DNA of 63,811 nucleotides, filler included, from Polymyxa betae A26-41 (lineage: Eukaryota; Protista; Endomyxa: Phytomyxea): assembly GCA_003693705.1 (NCBI GenBank). It is 6 parts of 6 records of this genome, joined end to end, with 100 filler letters (N's around TTAATTAATTAA, not from the genome) between each part and the next. Parts side by side here need not be neighbours in the genome. Positions count along the whole stretch, not along the records: positions 13,313 to 29,111 come from RBZT01000952.1; 5 more parts are not named here. One strand, 5' to 3'. The notes under the pieces are model-generated. The model searched no databases. It was not told the DNA's origin and was given only the letters and a program-made list of their open reading frames with translations. This document shows positions 13,313 to 27,326 of this stretch, in pieces; position 1 is the first letter of the stretch, and each line of letters begins with the position of its first letter. Made by a program: the position numbers and the translations under genes.

Positions 13313-15030
13313 TGCTTAGCTGTCGCCTGCATTCTGTCGAAGTGAACTCTCCTCCATTATCAGCCCGCACGTAAGCCACACTATTTCCGGTCTCAGATTT
13401 TGAATGACTGATGGCGTCCATCAGGCTAGCGATTGCGTCAGATTTCTTTCTGAGGAAGTACACACGACACATCCGACTGTGGTCGTCGGTTACTGGCATC
13501 GCGTAACGGCAGCCCTGGAGACTGTCTACTTCCATTGGCCCAATCAGATCCGTGTGTAGCGTCCGGCCTGGGGCTAAATCTCGGGTCTCGCTCTGCTTCG
13601 GGAAAGGGGCTGATGTCTGCATTGTCATGCTGCATATGCGGCATGGTCGCGCCTCCTCATTAATTGGACTTCCGCCTGAGATTTCTAGGCCTGTCGCCGC
13701 GCCAGTCTCGACTATCCTGCTGATGGTCTGTTTCGACGTGTGGCACAGACGTTCATGCCATCGTTCGATCGTGGTAAAGGCTGCGTCCATTTCGCTCGCC
13801 TCTAAGACGTAGAGGCGTCCTCGGCGCTCACCTCTCGCAATTACCTGTCCGTCCTTCCACATCGTGCATCCGTTCTTATCGAAGACAGCTTCCTCGATCG
13901 TCCCGTCGTCGCATGCGCCTCCGATTGACATCAGGTTCGCTTTGAAGTCTGGCACCGCGAGCACATTCTTCAGCTGCATCCCGCCGATCTCTACTGCCGA
14001 CTTCGAGCCGCGCGACATAACGGACTCTCCGTTGCCGATCACGATCTGTCGATATTCTTCTCTGTCGGGCTTGATCGATGGCGACATTGATGCTGTTGCC
14101 CCAGTGTCAAGGATCCACGCGTCAGGATTACCCCCCATGGCGCCTGCGATCGCGCACAGTGCCACGTGGGCTTGATCTTCTTTATCGTTGCCAGCCTTCT
14201 GCTCTTTCTTCGGTTTCCTCGGGTTCTTGCAGTCGGATCTCCAGTGTCCTGTTTCGTTGCAGTTGAAACACCTGGATTTGGACTTATCTACCCTTTTCTT
14301 TCTGTCTCGAGCCGTTGCGGCTATTTCTTGCTTCGTTTGCTCATCATCGAGCTTAAGCTCCTGGTGGTATCGTTTGAGGGTCTTCACCAGGTTGCTGAGC
14401 TTGAGCTGATCGTTGGGACCGTATCTCAGCGTCATTCGTAACTCCTTCATTGACTGTGGCAGTTTTCTCAGAATCCTTAAGGCCAGCTCTTCGTCAGTGA
14501 AGCCCTTCTCGACGGATAGTAACGCGGTCTGAACCCTTTTAACGTCATCGATAAACTCGGGAATCCTTTTCGCATCACTGAGTTTAATTCCTTCGAACTC
14601 GTCCAGGAGGTCCATAATGTCGCTTGCGTCTTTGCTTTCGTAGAGTTCGCAGAGCTCATCCCAAACTTCGGCTGGCGTCCCACATTGCATCGTCAGGGCT
14701 CGGTGATGCCTGTCCATGGCATTGTTCAGCGCGACGTGCAGGGCGCCTTCTCTGCTCTCGAACGCCTCGAGTTCGTTCAAGTACTTGNNNNNNNNNNNNN
14801 NNNNNNNNNNNNNNNNNNNNNNNNNNNNNNNNNNNNNNNNNNNNNNNNNNNNNNNGTTCAGCCTGCCCGAGCAGGAATCCTGTTAACTTCTGGGCCTTCG
14901 CAGCGAGCAGGACGTCTGCCTTCCAGAAGGGCCAGCTGCCCTTCCCTTTCAGGACCGTCCTCGTCAAGCTGATAGTGCGATTCGTCTGGCGATCGAACGA
15001 ATCATCGGCGCTGGAGCCCATAACCTGTTA
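13313..15030 (-). mobile_element. Ty1/Copia LTR retrotransposon 5' part (LTR end, PBS, gag, PR, IN); cut by a contig spacer
   Basis: LTR 3' end ...TAACA (15026) followed by PBS GGTTATGGGCTCCAG (15025-15011). CFNCNETGHWRSDC knuckle; WILDTGA protease; WHERLCH gag-pre-integrase; LHTDLIGP, DDHSR and RADNGGEF integrase. PR-IN order. Confidence 0.93.
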
Positions 15031-15611
15031 GTAACGCAGGTTCACCCAGAATATCGGTTAAAAAGAATGAATGTATTAATCAACAAAAGCACAAGAGTAC
15101 GATCAAGCGATCGTACTGTAAGCTGGAGCGATCGCGCGGCAGCGATCCCATCTGTGAGGGTCATGGGCGCCTATCACGCCGACATGTTCTTTGTTCTTTT
15201 GGAGAGTTCTTGAAGTTGCTCGACTCGCCATGTTGCAGTTAAAGAATTCTTTATAGCACTTCTACTAAAACAAGATAGTTGTTGGAGTTAATGCGGTAAA
15301 ATCGTAATGCTGTTTTAATCAAACTGTAATTCTTCCAGGGTAGTTCCGAGGTCCGTGACGCATGTTCGTGACGCAATTCCGACGGAACGTGATTCAGGGC
15401 TTGGGGGCCTTCAGCTTCCGGCGGTCTTGACTTGAAACCCTTATGTTACCATTTGCGTAGTATCGCAATGTGGTTTAAATAATGCGCTGTGACGCAGTAT
15501 TTATTACTTCATTAGGAGAAAATATAAGTTGATACAATAGGTAGTTCAGATTACGGGGTTTTGTACGCAATTTCCTAACTAAGCGCAGAAAATGTAGAGG
15601 GTAGCGCAGTT

Positions 15612-16505
15612 TCATGACATCAGGTAATTCAGTCGGCGATCCCATCTGTGTTGATCTGCCTCTGGCATTGTACGCAGGTATTTGTTCAGGTATCTGTGTG
15701 GTCTTCCGGTCATTCCGTTGCCTTGGGCCCGTCGTGCGACAGTTAGGGCCAATCGGAATCCGAATGTGTCACTCATTGCCTTCCCAAAAGCATTGCACCA
15801 CGAAGTACTGCGATCTGCCACAATTTTCGCCGGAAACCCATGGATCAAAAATACGCTGTAGATCAATACATCGGCTGCTTCAGCTGCTGTCAACGTCTTG
15901 ACGGGCATAAAGATCCTAGCGCGCGTCATCCTGCAGGTCGCCGTCAGTTCATGTTTGTTCCCACTCGTCGTTGTGGGTAGTGAAGTGACGTGGTCGATTA
16001 ACTAGATCAGTAATGCGAGCCCTCGGCCGCAGATTAATATTCATCTTCAATCCCGAAGATATGATGAGCTCTATAGCATGAAGGCCTGACTTAGCAGCCT
16101 TCAGCTGTGTCTCCAAGAAGGGCTCAACGACTTTATCAGTCGGATTCGCCTTCTCACTGTCAGATAAATGATGTTCTTCGGTTGTTGTCCATTAATGACG
16201 ATCAATCATTGATTTCAAAGACCGTGGTTTAACCGATTGTGTTACACCTTGATCCTTCGCGTCTGTTAAACAGCTGCGATAGCGTGTCAGTTGGCGACGT
16301 CCGCGACGAAAAGCGATAATTTCACGTGGACCAAATGTCTTCAAAAAAGGAGCGCTTTCCAGCTGAATCGCGATGCTTGATTTCTGCTCTTCAGTAGTGA
16401 GGTCGCCGATCTCATTCACACCCAATTTCGAGAGATCCTCCAACGTCTGCCTCTCTACGGCTTCAAGACGTTCCTCGAAGGTATCATGCATGATATGCTG
16501 TCACT
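15612..16505 (-). mobile_element. Internally deleted Ty3/Gypsy remnant (gag fragment next to integrase fragment)
   Basis: Integrase-like DHVTSLP..HGFPAKIVADR..AQGNGMTGR..LNKYLR. The 16192-16491 fragment resembles the gag N-terminus at 62719. Confidence 0.65.
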
Positions 16506-17560
16506 ACAACGATCTTTGTTTGGTTTAAGCCGCTAATCGAATTAAGTCCCGATTGATGTCTTCGTTATAAATGATAAAATAGTCTGTCTTTATATATTCA
16601 TCATTATTGATCAATCATCATCCAGCATTGTTCATGTACAGTATGAACTGTTTGAAGAACTGTATGAAAGTCGAATCGTTCAGCGCCAGTCCAAGATCCC
16701 ATACACGCATTTATAATTGCACCACAGCGCACTTTGTCTCTCGACGCTCTTTCTGAAATGATTGGTTCAGTGTATCTGGCTTATCCGATGCCTGGATTTG
16801 GGGCCACTTGCTACCCCTAGTGATCGCTCTATGAGATCCATAAATCAACACTCATGTACCATTTGGATTCCACAAAGCGTTCGCCAGGCGTTCAGGCCAG
16901 CTCAGTTCGTCTTCATCTTTGCCCTTTCAGTTCAATTTACGTGCTATATCTCAATTTAATTGCTATTTTTCTGATAAATGAATATCTACTTTGTGATCAA
17001 ACCTCGTGATGCCCATGAACGCTGCTGTTGCCATCGTATCACATTGTAATCATTTTTGATTCTGTATTACGATCTACCTAGCTCGAGAACCAATGAGAAA
17101 AATTTTTACCAGTCTGCCTTCAATCTAGACGACGCTCCACTAAATAACTTCAATGAGAACAAAAAATACGCAGGATCCTTGATGAATTATCTCGAGAGCG
17201 AGCCGAGGAGCGTTTATCCCTTCCAAAACAAACCGATATCCGTTCTTTCTACGAGATTATCTCAAAAAACCTTAAAATGTAATTTATTATGGACTCTCTT
17301 ATAATTAATTTGAGAAAATAAAGGAGAATATTAATTATAAGCCATAGGCCCATAGAACGGATGTTGGGAGAGCACATTTGTATCATTTATAAGAGATTAC
17401 AAGAACATTACTTATAAGATAGTTTACAGTATTTATTATTCAATTATCCTCATCAGTAAATAGATCTAGGTCAGAGGGATGATGATCATGTTGATCTTCA
17501 TTGATATCTCTATACATAATCATATTAGTATATATTAGGGGACTCACATATATTAAATGT

Positions 17561-19898
17561 TCAACTATACCCATCTGCATGTAATTGATTGTCAATAAAC
17601 GAGAATTGATCTGTATCTCCTAATAGATCAGGGAGTATTCTCTCATCATCGCTAGTATCTGCTCTGCGATCTGACACATGTATCAGCCCCGGTCCAGGTA
17701 CTGAATCTTGAGGCTCTTGTACAGTATTGAGATGTTGATGATATTGGGTATTAATGACAGATGGACCAGTATTACTATCTGATTGTATCTCTAATAATAT
17801 GGATTTGATATTTGCAATATCCTTGATAATCTCTTTCCTTTTCGAGACTTCATCTAAATGATTACGTCCTAATTCAATCAACATCTCTGCATTATATGTG
17901 ATCTTATCCTTAATATTAATATATTCTCCATCTCTCAACTGCATATGATCATGTATACTCTCCATCTCACTATCTAATAGTTTCTTGAATCCACATCTCT
18001 CACTAGATATGACGGATTCAAACCAACTTCGTACTATACATACACAGTTAGATCCCAGAGCCAGTACGACCAAATCTTCAACTAACATGTGTTAGATTGG
18101 GTGTCAATCTGATTCTGAAATGTCTCCATGATCTGACGATATTTAGTTGATAGATGATCATATTTGTTAGTAAGATCATTATTAACATTGGATATTGTCT
18201 TGTTATATTTCTCTATATGATGATGTACATGTTCTATCTATATCAGCAATATATAATCAGTATATATCATGCATATCTATTATATTATACACATACCTTC
18301 CTATTTACATCACATTCAACTCTCTCCATATTATCCTCTATTTCATGTAATAGAATAGATTTGAATCCAGGTTCTACATCATATCTATGTAATAGTCTTG
18401 TACATATAGATTCTATAACTGATTCATAGGTTAAGGGATCTGTCCATTGAATAAGGGATTGTTTAACATCTAATACACATTGAGATTGATGATCAATATC
18501 ACATCTTATATCCTATATATAATATTAAAATCATGATCACTATTCCCTATCTTACTCACCTCATATAATCGATTATACTTCTCATTAATATCATTTAATT
18601 GAAGTTCAATCTTAGATTGAATGAGTCCCGATTTCGATTGAATCTCTTCCTTAAACTGATTGAATTGCTGATGTAGAGATGTCATTGATTCATGTGCAAT
18701 ATCCAATGTATCTTGATATTTAGTTTGACGATCATCATGTTCATTGATATGTTTCTGTATATCAGTAATCTGTTCAGATATATTTGATATAATACGATGA
18801 TCACATTTATCTGCAAATATATCTCAATAATGGCTAATAATACAGATATCATGTATGCAATCACTTACTATTTAATATCTGCTCCATACATTTCAATTGA
18901 GAACGAATATCATTACTAAGACGATCTTGATCGAGATTGTCATCATTAACCTGTCTATGTAATCGATCTATTTTATCAGCTAGATTATTAACAGCTTGTT
19001 GTACACGTTGATCAGCAATTTGTATAGAATTATTATTACATGTATGTAATATATTGTCTTGTGATTTCTGTACACTATCTAATAATGATCTTGTTTCATG
19101 TACTTGATATTCAACTAATTCATGCATCTCAACTAGATCTGCACCAATCTCTACAAACTTTCTCTGACATCGTGTCTCTGATAATAATGATTCACTCTTC
19201 ATAGATTCTATTGATTTCTCAATCTCTCCAAGACTTCTATCAACATTTTCCTTAATACGACTCCAATTATCCAATTTATCTTCAATATCTTTCATTCTAT
19301 TTTGACCTTGATCAAGTTCACTTTGTAACCGATTCAATAAAGATCGGGTCTGATCTCTTTCTTGAATATGATCAGCATCTTCTGATTCATAACGTGTATG
19401 TAAACGTTTAGCTAGAAGTAATGCTTCATTAGATTGTATAGATTGAGTAGATATGATCTTAGATTGATCATCAATACGAACACGTATTAAATCAATATTA
19501 CGTCTTAATGTTGATATATCAGATTTCAATTCAGTTTCTAAATGTAATTGTGTAGATCTATGTCCATGTACTAATTCTTCCAATTTATCACATAATCTCT
19601 CTTCTAATTGTTGTTCACGTTCATGGATCTGGCTAAATAAAGATTTACTTGATATTTGTACTTGTTGTTCAAGTCTTTGTACAGCGTCATGTATAGCAGT
19701 ATTAATCTCTTCACGTAATGCTTCATAATCATCATTACTACAATGAAATAATCCAGTAGATGAAGATGTAAATGTATCTAGATCTATGATATCCTTGTTA
19801 TTAACATGATGACACGATTCATATAGATTAGATTGAATATCTGATAATAACGAGGTCATGGAATGTCGCCATCTATCATAATCATCCATATCTGTCAT
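17561..19898 (-). CDS. Multi-exon coiled-coil protein of unknown function (exon bounds approximate)
   Basis: Collinear ORFs 18861-19898, 18506-18706 and 17561-18088 rich in heptad L/E/Q/K/D, separated by short AT-rich GT-AG segments. Confidence 0.6.
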
Positions 19899-19958
19899 AT
19901 TTCAATATAATACTATGACATACTGCATACCCATGATCAAATCATGAAACAGAAAGAT

Positions 19959-21980
19959 TTAGTAGAAATTAGAGAATAATCTCAGACATCGCATAGCAAC
20001 AGCAATAAGTAATAGAACGATAGCAATACCAATACGATATCTTCCTTGAGATTTGATCATATCTGATGATGAGTTCATACATGATGTATGAATTGGTGAA
20101 TAATATTGAGATTGTGATAATGGTAAATCATGTGTTATAGTACCATGTATAATATCCCCAATCATATGAAATTTATCACATGATATAATACGAACTCTAA
20201 AACATTTTCCAAGTAATTGATCTGGATTACCTGCAACCTGTTATATAATATTAGTACTATGAATAATATATTATAATAAACATACCAATATCTGATCATA
20301 CGACTTATTATGTGCAACAACATGCTTCATATCATGAGCCATCTCAGTACATAATACATTATATTCTCTACCAACTTTCTTATCATGTGTCTGGTATGAA
20401 TAGAATAGATTAGTACAAGCACGTGATCTATCCTTAATAATATATGATGGTAAACGTCTCATATGTGATGCTGATGTACCACGTCTTGCATAGAATTGAG
20501 ATATATGAACTGATGGAAATCGATATTGATCAATTAATGAGAGAGTCTCCTGAAATTCCATATCAGTTTCTGTAGGAAATCCACATATAATATCTGTAGC
20601 TATATGTAGATCTGGTACTTTACTTAACAGATAATCAACAAGTATTTGAAAATCTGTTCAAATATGAGATACATGCATAAAGATATATAAGAGGACATTA
20701 ACCTTGTCGTGTATAATCACGTCCCATAACATCTAATACACGAGATGAACCTGCTTGTACAGGTATATGTATAAATGAGAATATACGTGGATGATTAAGT
20801 AATTGAGCAATGATTGCCATATCAGATAATATATGAGGAGGATTAGTCATACCAAGACGTATATAGATATGATCTGGTAGATTAGATAATAATATAGATA
20901 ACATCTCTGATAGACATGTTCCTATATCATGTCCATATGCACCAAGATCTTCAGATGTTAACCAGATCTCACGAACACCTTCTATATATCAATTAGACCA
21001 ATATAGACATATACAAATAGGTCTCTCACCATTACTAACAGTCTTAACACGATCAACAATCTCTTCAATACTATAACTTGATAATTGACCACGTGACTGT
21101 TTAGTCTTACAATATGTACAATGATTCAAACATCTAATATAAACATGAGATATAATGAATCATATATATATATCAAATACCCAGTATTAATTGGTAATAT
21201 CTCTATAAATTGATTACGTCGTATCTTTGGTAATTGTAATCGAGATCCAGGAGATTTACTTGAATGATTTAATAATCGAACACTATTACCCTGTAATGTA
21301 TTACTAACAACCTCCACTATCCTATACAGTAACAATTACAACTAGAACAATAATTACACATCCGCATGACAAACCTATCAATCTGTTTAACACCAATAAT
21401 ACTGTATGGTTGAAACAATTTGTTGTTAGAATCAGCCTGTGTTGATATGAGATGTTCCTATCAAATTTGAAATAGATTTAATACCTGTGGTACACAACCA
21501 GCTAATACAACCTTGACACCAAGATTTTCGGCTTGTCTGATAGCATTGACAAATACAGATTCAGATGGGTCCTTACTACAGTATATAATTATTGATATGC
21601 AATTGAGTATATGATTGTCAGATTACATACACAGTACAGGAATTTAATACACAAATATCAGCTTGTTCCATAGTATCAACAAGATCATAACCAGCCGAAT
21701 GCAAAAGACCCTTCATATATTCACTATCACTGCTATTATGAGAACATCCTATATATCAATTCATCAACATAGCTGCTAGTAATTCTGTATTCTGATGATT
21801 ACCCCAGGTCTTTACAAAGACACGTCCAGAATGATCCAAATACGGGGATCTCTCAATACCCGAATTGCCATCTTGATCGTGCGAATTGGTTGCTAGAACA
21901 GCACCATCATGTTGATATCTGGAGTTTTCCTGAATATCAGCTTGAGATACAAGCAGTCCTAAATCTTCAATATCATCCAT
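19959..21980 (-). CDS. CDKAL1: Threonylcarbamoyladenosine tRNA methylthiotransferase (radical SAM, multi-exon, C-terminal TM anchor)
   Basis: Exons read VKTWG|[36 protein letters not shown]|[11 protein letters not shown] (CxxxCxxC), [41 protein letters not shown] and HISQFY, then a TRAM domain and a hydrophobic tail. Confidence 0.93.
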
Positions 21981-22161
21981 GATCAAGGCAAACTACACAG
22001 ATGGAGCAATTGGCAACACGATTAAATATCCGTCACGGACTTTGAAACAAATAAATCTCTATATCCAATCCAAGGCATTTCTGTGCACATTGAACAGAGC
22101 AGTCAATATACTCCAGTATCATTATGGAATGATGAATTATTATTAAGAATGTAATCTCTTG

Positions 22162-25100
22162 TTAACGTGTAAACTGGAATGGTGCAGGGGGTTGTGGTTC
22201 TTCTTCTTCACCAACGCCCAGCGCAGCTACACATTTGTCAGTAATGCAGTAATGCAATGCAATCGCATAGAGACCGACCTTTAGGCTTTTCAATTTCAAC
22301 TAATTCTTCAGGATCTCCAGGTTGAGTATCTTTGACGATCACAATACCGTAGAATTCATTCTTAATAGGCACATATCGACCTGCAGGGCAAGTCATCACT
22401 TTTCGTTGAGCTGGAGTAACTCTGCTTGGATTCTGCAACTGCTCGCTGTCGGGTTCCTCTTGTGGAGTTTCGGTTGTAGCAGCAGCAGGTTTAGCATCAG
22501 TAGTAGGCACTCCAGTCTGATCCACATCCATTGCACTGGCATCCGATCCAGCAGCACCGCCTCGCTTCTTCTTCAATTGCTTGGCTTTAGCTTTCGCTGA
22601 AATCGAAAGCTGGGCGGTCGGCATTTTCTTAACTTGTTCTTGTTGTTTGGGTTTATGAGCAGGAGGATAGGCAAAAACTGATGATTTAGCTTGTGAGACG
22701 AATATTTTCTGGGCTGGCATGGACAAGTTTTCGTTTAAGGCAATGATGGCAGTAGGTTGTAATGTAAGCGAAAAGAAATGAAGAAGTGGATACCAGTACC
22801 AATATTGGACGAAGACAGCCATTCCGGCAATAGCTGCAGGTCGACGGTGACCAGTTGATCCGGATCGTAGAGCAATGGTCACGTTTCTACCGCCAGCATC
22901 CAGGATGCCTTGAGCTAGGATCGCTCCCATTTTAGTTTGGGTATCAGTATGCTTGCCCTCCATGGCAGTAGTCAGAAGGTTTCGAAAAACTGTCACATCG
23001 GGTTCTTGTGATGCAGTGGTCTGAACCATAACCATTGCCATTCCGATCATTGCACCTTGCCGGACAAAATCAACTCGATCTTTGCAGAGGACCGTCAGAA
23101 GATCAATAGCTGACCGCTGAGCAGTGCCAGCACACGCAATACCAATAGCTAATGCTGCTCCATATCGTACTTGAGGTGAATATGATTCACATAAGAGAGA
23201 GACAATCTTCGGAACTCGTTCTGGAACGCAGGCCAGAACGAAACCCAGCGCAATGACAGCAGCACGGCGAACATCGACAGAAACGTCCGATACAGCAATA
23301 TGCAAGAGACGTTTCACAGCCGTTGGATTAGCGGTGGACGCAAAAGCCAAAGCCAGAGTGAAACACGCTCCGTAGCGAAGGTTATAGTCTTTATCAGCAA
23401 TGAGCTGAGTAACCAAACCATCAGCATTCTCTTCTCGACCGGCCATAATCAGTGCCAGACCCATTCCCAAACCACGAATAATTTTTTCGTGCTGAGTCTC
23501 ATGCGCATAGGCGCACATCTCTTCAATAGCACTAGCTGAGCCAGAGCCAAGCATGACCAAACCCATCGCTAATCCAGCGGCTTCTCCAGCAACAGCGTTA
23601 TCGTGGAACAGAATTTCCTTCAATGTGTCGTAAAGTTCAGCGTCATGTGTAGAGAGTGAATTTAGGCCTAAAGCCAAACATGCACCATGCTGGACGACTT
23701 CATCATCCACAGCACTACGAAGGCAATTCTCCAGATAGCTCTTCTGATCACCTCCTCGGTTGGCATATATTAAGCCAAGACCATATAGAGCTCCCGATTT
23801 CAGATAAGCAGACGTTTGAACACCTTCTTGTGGCAGATATGGCTTTAAAATGGTGTGGGCATGTTGAACGTGATCTTTGTGAATGACACCAAAGGCCGCA
23901 GTAACAGACATTTTGGCCCAATTATTAGCTCGGGCAAGCCAATCGAGATGATCCCGAATGAACTGATCGCGACTGGTTCCACATTGCATAAATGCATGAC
24001 TAACAATTGCGGCACAATGTGTCACGCTATTACGACCTTCGACTTTTTCCTTGATAATCGCCATGACGCCCAGATCGGTTGCCGCGTTCGAATAAAGAAA
24101 CTGGCGATAGAATCCTGCGGAAGATTCTCCAGAGAGAATAAAGGCCAGATTTTTGTGGGCAGGAGATTCAGGGAATGTTGATAAAGTTTTGATGACACGT
24201 TGCTGGAAAGGATAGTTGCCGATTGCAGCAATGTCATAAGCAATTTGATATGCAGTTAGCTTCTGGTCGGAACCACTTTGACACAAATCACCAAGCACTT
24301 TAGCAACACCAGCTGCGTCATCAAGATGAACCAAGCAATGGCACATGGAGATACTGTCTGGGACAGATAGTGACTCCGAGCACAGAACACAAATCCTTTT
24401 TAACAAACGCTGCCTGAACCCCCGAAGCTTTACCACAGTCAGAGAAAGATTTAGACAGTGCCAGATTAAACTCGATTTTGCAGCATCTGTGCCAGCAGCT
24501 TTAATGGCAGCAGAAATCATGTCGAGACGTTGTGCTTCAGCAGCAATCCCGATCGCTTGGTGCAATTGTGAGTCCTCGAAGCATCGCTGAAAAACTCGGC
24601 TAATAATCGATTCCAATCGTGGATCAACTTTAACCTAGAAACGATTACATTTAGAAGTCGAATTAACTCTGTTTTACATTTTCTGATTCACGTTCAGCAG
24701 GAAGTAGTTTCTCTATCGCTTCGATACGAAGTTTGGTGTATTCATCGACACATTTTGCTGATATACATTAGCATCGGATAAAATACAATAGCGTCCACTT
24801 ACCAATGAGGGTTTCTGTATATTCTGAATGAGAGTTTATATCGAAGTATTCACCAGCACAAAGTGCATATTTAAGAGAATCGTCCAAAGCTTCCAAGTGG
24901 TAAAATACCTGAAGCTCGTTAAGAACTCAAACGAAAAAACTAGTGATGAGCCACCTTAGAAACAAGAGAGGCAGCTAATGCTCTTTCAGGAAAAGTCTGA
25001 TCCTCAGACATCGTTTCTCTAAGGCAGTTTCAGTCAAACGTCGCAAGCAACGAGTTAACGGTTACATCTGATGAACAAAGGAAGCAATCTCAGACCAGAA

Positions 25101-25199
25101 GAGATTGACAGAATGATTCAAAGCTCTAAGAGCATGGATCTGAAGAGCCGTCTGGGGCTCTGACAGCAGAGCCAGAAGAGCAGATCCAGATGATGCCAT
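22162..25199 (-). CDS. RPN2: 26S proteasome non-ATPase regulatory subunit 1 (multi-exon)
   Basis: N-terminus ALLALLSEP..FWSEIA; PC repeats; ETQHEKIIRGL, LLHIAVSDVS.DVRRAAV and QYWYWYPL; last intron 22227-22278 gives the C-terminus EPQPPAPFQFTR. Confidence 0.96.
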
Positions 25200-25380
25200 G
25201 ATGTTGTCGTGTTTGAATTCAGAATCTGAACTCGATTGTTGGTTAAGATGAGGCTGCGCCACCCAAACTCGTTATGTGAAGAAGGGGCTGCTGCACTCTA
25301 TTGACTATTATATGCTCTCTCTCTCTACACTCAACACAAGCACAATCATATCGTTCTGTAATTAGATTTTATATAGACAT

Positions 25381-26032
25381 TCAATCCCAGGCGGACATCT
25401 CACCAGGCTGCCAATATCCTTTCGCAAACACTCCATTCTGCTGATTACCGTTAGGGAAAACAAAGTGGACTTCTCCATCTGGGATATTGTCATTGAATGC
25501 ACCCGAAATCTTGATTCCGTCCTTAGTAGTCCATTGTCCACTAACCAGCTTGCCCTGGATCCATCGTCCTTTAATCATAGCTCCATCATGTCCATAAACA
25601 TAGGTCCCAAGACCATGCTTAATGCCCATGTCGAAGTCACCAACGTATCTATCACCATTGCTGTATAAATATATACCACGTCCATGAGGCTGATCTTTAG
25701 ACCATTGACCATCATATTGACTTTGATCTGGATAGGTCATAATACCTTGACCATGACGTTGTCCTTGATCCCAGTCACCATTATAAGATGCTGATTTGAC
25801 TGCTGCCCAGGTATATATGCCTTTTCCCTGACGTTTACCACCTACATAGTATCCAGCATATGTATCACCATTAACAAATTTGGCTATAGCAGTATTCATT
25901 ATGTTAGTTCACAATCTGAGCAATAACAGTCATACCTTCTGCTCTTCCATCTGCATTAAGAAATTCCCGTTTCGCCTCATCTCCATCAAATTGCACCTCA
26001 TATTTCGATTCAACTGGGTCGTCTTCAGACAT
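25381..26032 (-). CDS. MORN-repeat protein, radial spoke head 1/RSP10-like (one intron near 25890-25935)
   Basis: Tandem MORN repeats (YxGxWxxGxRHGxGxxxY); ~200 aa MORN-only architecture. Confidence 0.8.
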
Positions 26033-26305
26033 AATTAATTGTATGCGACCTCCTGGTACGGCTCATGATCACCTGAAGATATGTCTTTGTATTAATACAT
26101 GAAATGCCAGCGTCACATGCTTCTAATAAAATACATTCTGTTGGCAGCTTTCCGTCTGTTATTGATTGTCAAGTATCTCCCTTCAAAGATTTGGTAAAAG
26201 ACAGATATTTGTTGGTAAGTTTTTAGGTGAGATTAAGTCGTTTTGTGAGCTGTGAGGAGTGCCGCATTTACTCACATTCATATTTGGCGGTCAGATCTCT
26301 CAACA

Positions 26306-26575
26306 ATGTCAGACGAGGAACAGGCTGTTGTTGATCCTCGTATCGACCTGCAGAAAGAATGCCATGTCTATTGTATAAAACAATTCAAAGCATATGAGGC
26401 TTGCTCAAAACGGATTGAAAACGATCCAGTCGGTGACAAGAACTGCAATGGATACTATTTTGATTATCTTCACTGCAATGATCAATGTGTAAGAATATAA
26501 GCAGCTATGAACTTCTTATTTCTAATCAATTTTATTTACCAGGTTGCTCCTAAGCTCTTCTCAAAGCTGAAATAA
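26306..26575 (+). CDS. QCR6: Cytochrome bc1 hinge subunit (2 exons; intron 26489-26542)
   Basis: VDPR..LQKEC..C..YEACSKRI..KNCNGYYFDYLHCNDQC|VAPKLFSKLK, the UCR_hinge pattern. Confidence 0.92.
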
Positions 26576-26759
26576 ATCCATAAAATCTTACAAGATCCAG
26601 GTCTTTATGCAATAAATAATAGCTGTCAATCTTTTTACAAAATCTAACTGTTGTCTATGCCAACTTTCCCCAAATTGCTGGTAATTGAAATCAATTGATG
26701 TTTCTGTGTTTACGATCCTATTTGGCTCGTTCAAGTAGGGCACGTAGAAATGTAGAAAG

Positions 26760-27100
26760 TAGCTAAAAACTCATTGTGGTAATTAGCAGTTCTGGCGAGT
26801 CACATTGCCGATATGAATCACATCATTAACTTCTGGTGCATCGGATTCGTAACATCTCTTATTGTTTCAAGCAAATTCCAATCTGAATCTTGCAATTACT
26901 TTTTTCTGTGTTTACTGAAAGAACTATCATTTGCAGTGCCAATACTTTGCAGGTGATAGACGATTTCTGCAAAATCTGCTAATCAAAGCCTCAAAATCAT
27001 AGTACGGTACATAGCATTTTTTAACTGCATCTGCACACAAAATTTGCCATACCCGCATACTGTATTCAAGATTGCTCCAAGTTGTCTGTGTTTATCGAAT
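26760..27100 (-). pseudogene. Possible hAT transposase remnant
   Basis: Short minus-strand peptide LQDSDWNLLETIRDVTNP resembles the hAT L..DW..L....L.P segment; otherwise decayed. Confidence 0.25.
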
Positions 27101-27326
27101 ACTTTCTACTTATTCCACAAGAATCTGCTCTGAAGTGGTCGTGTCTGTGGTTAAAGGAAACCAGTTTACGTATCGTAATAGTTAATAGTCAGAATCGGAT
27201 TGTGTTATCATGCTATTAATTTACCGGTACGAATCAAGGAATCGAGGATGGACGCGACGTTAAGAGAGACAAACACTGTGATCTTTATCTATGATAGAAT
27301 GTTACCTGTGTATCGGTTGGATCAGT

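Noticed and set aside
22322-24590. Plus-strand ORFs overlapping RPN2 (and similar antisense ORFs over TE genes)
   Set aside because: Shadow ORFs opposite well-supported coding frames, with no motifs.
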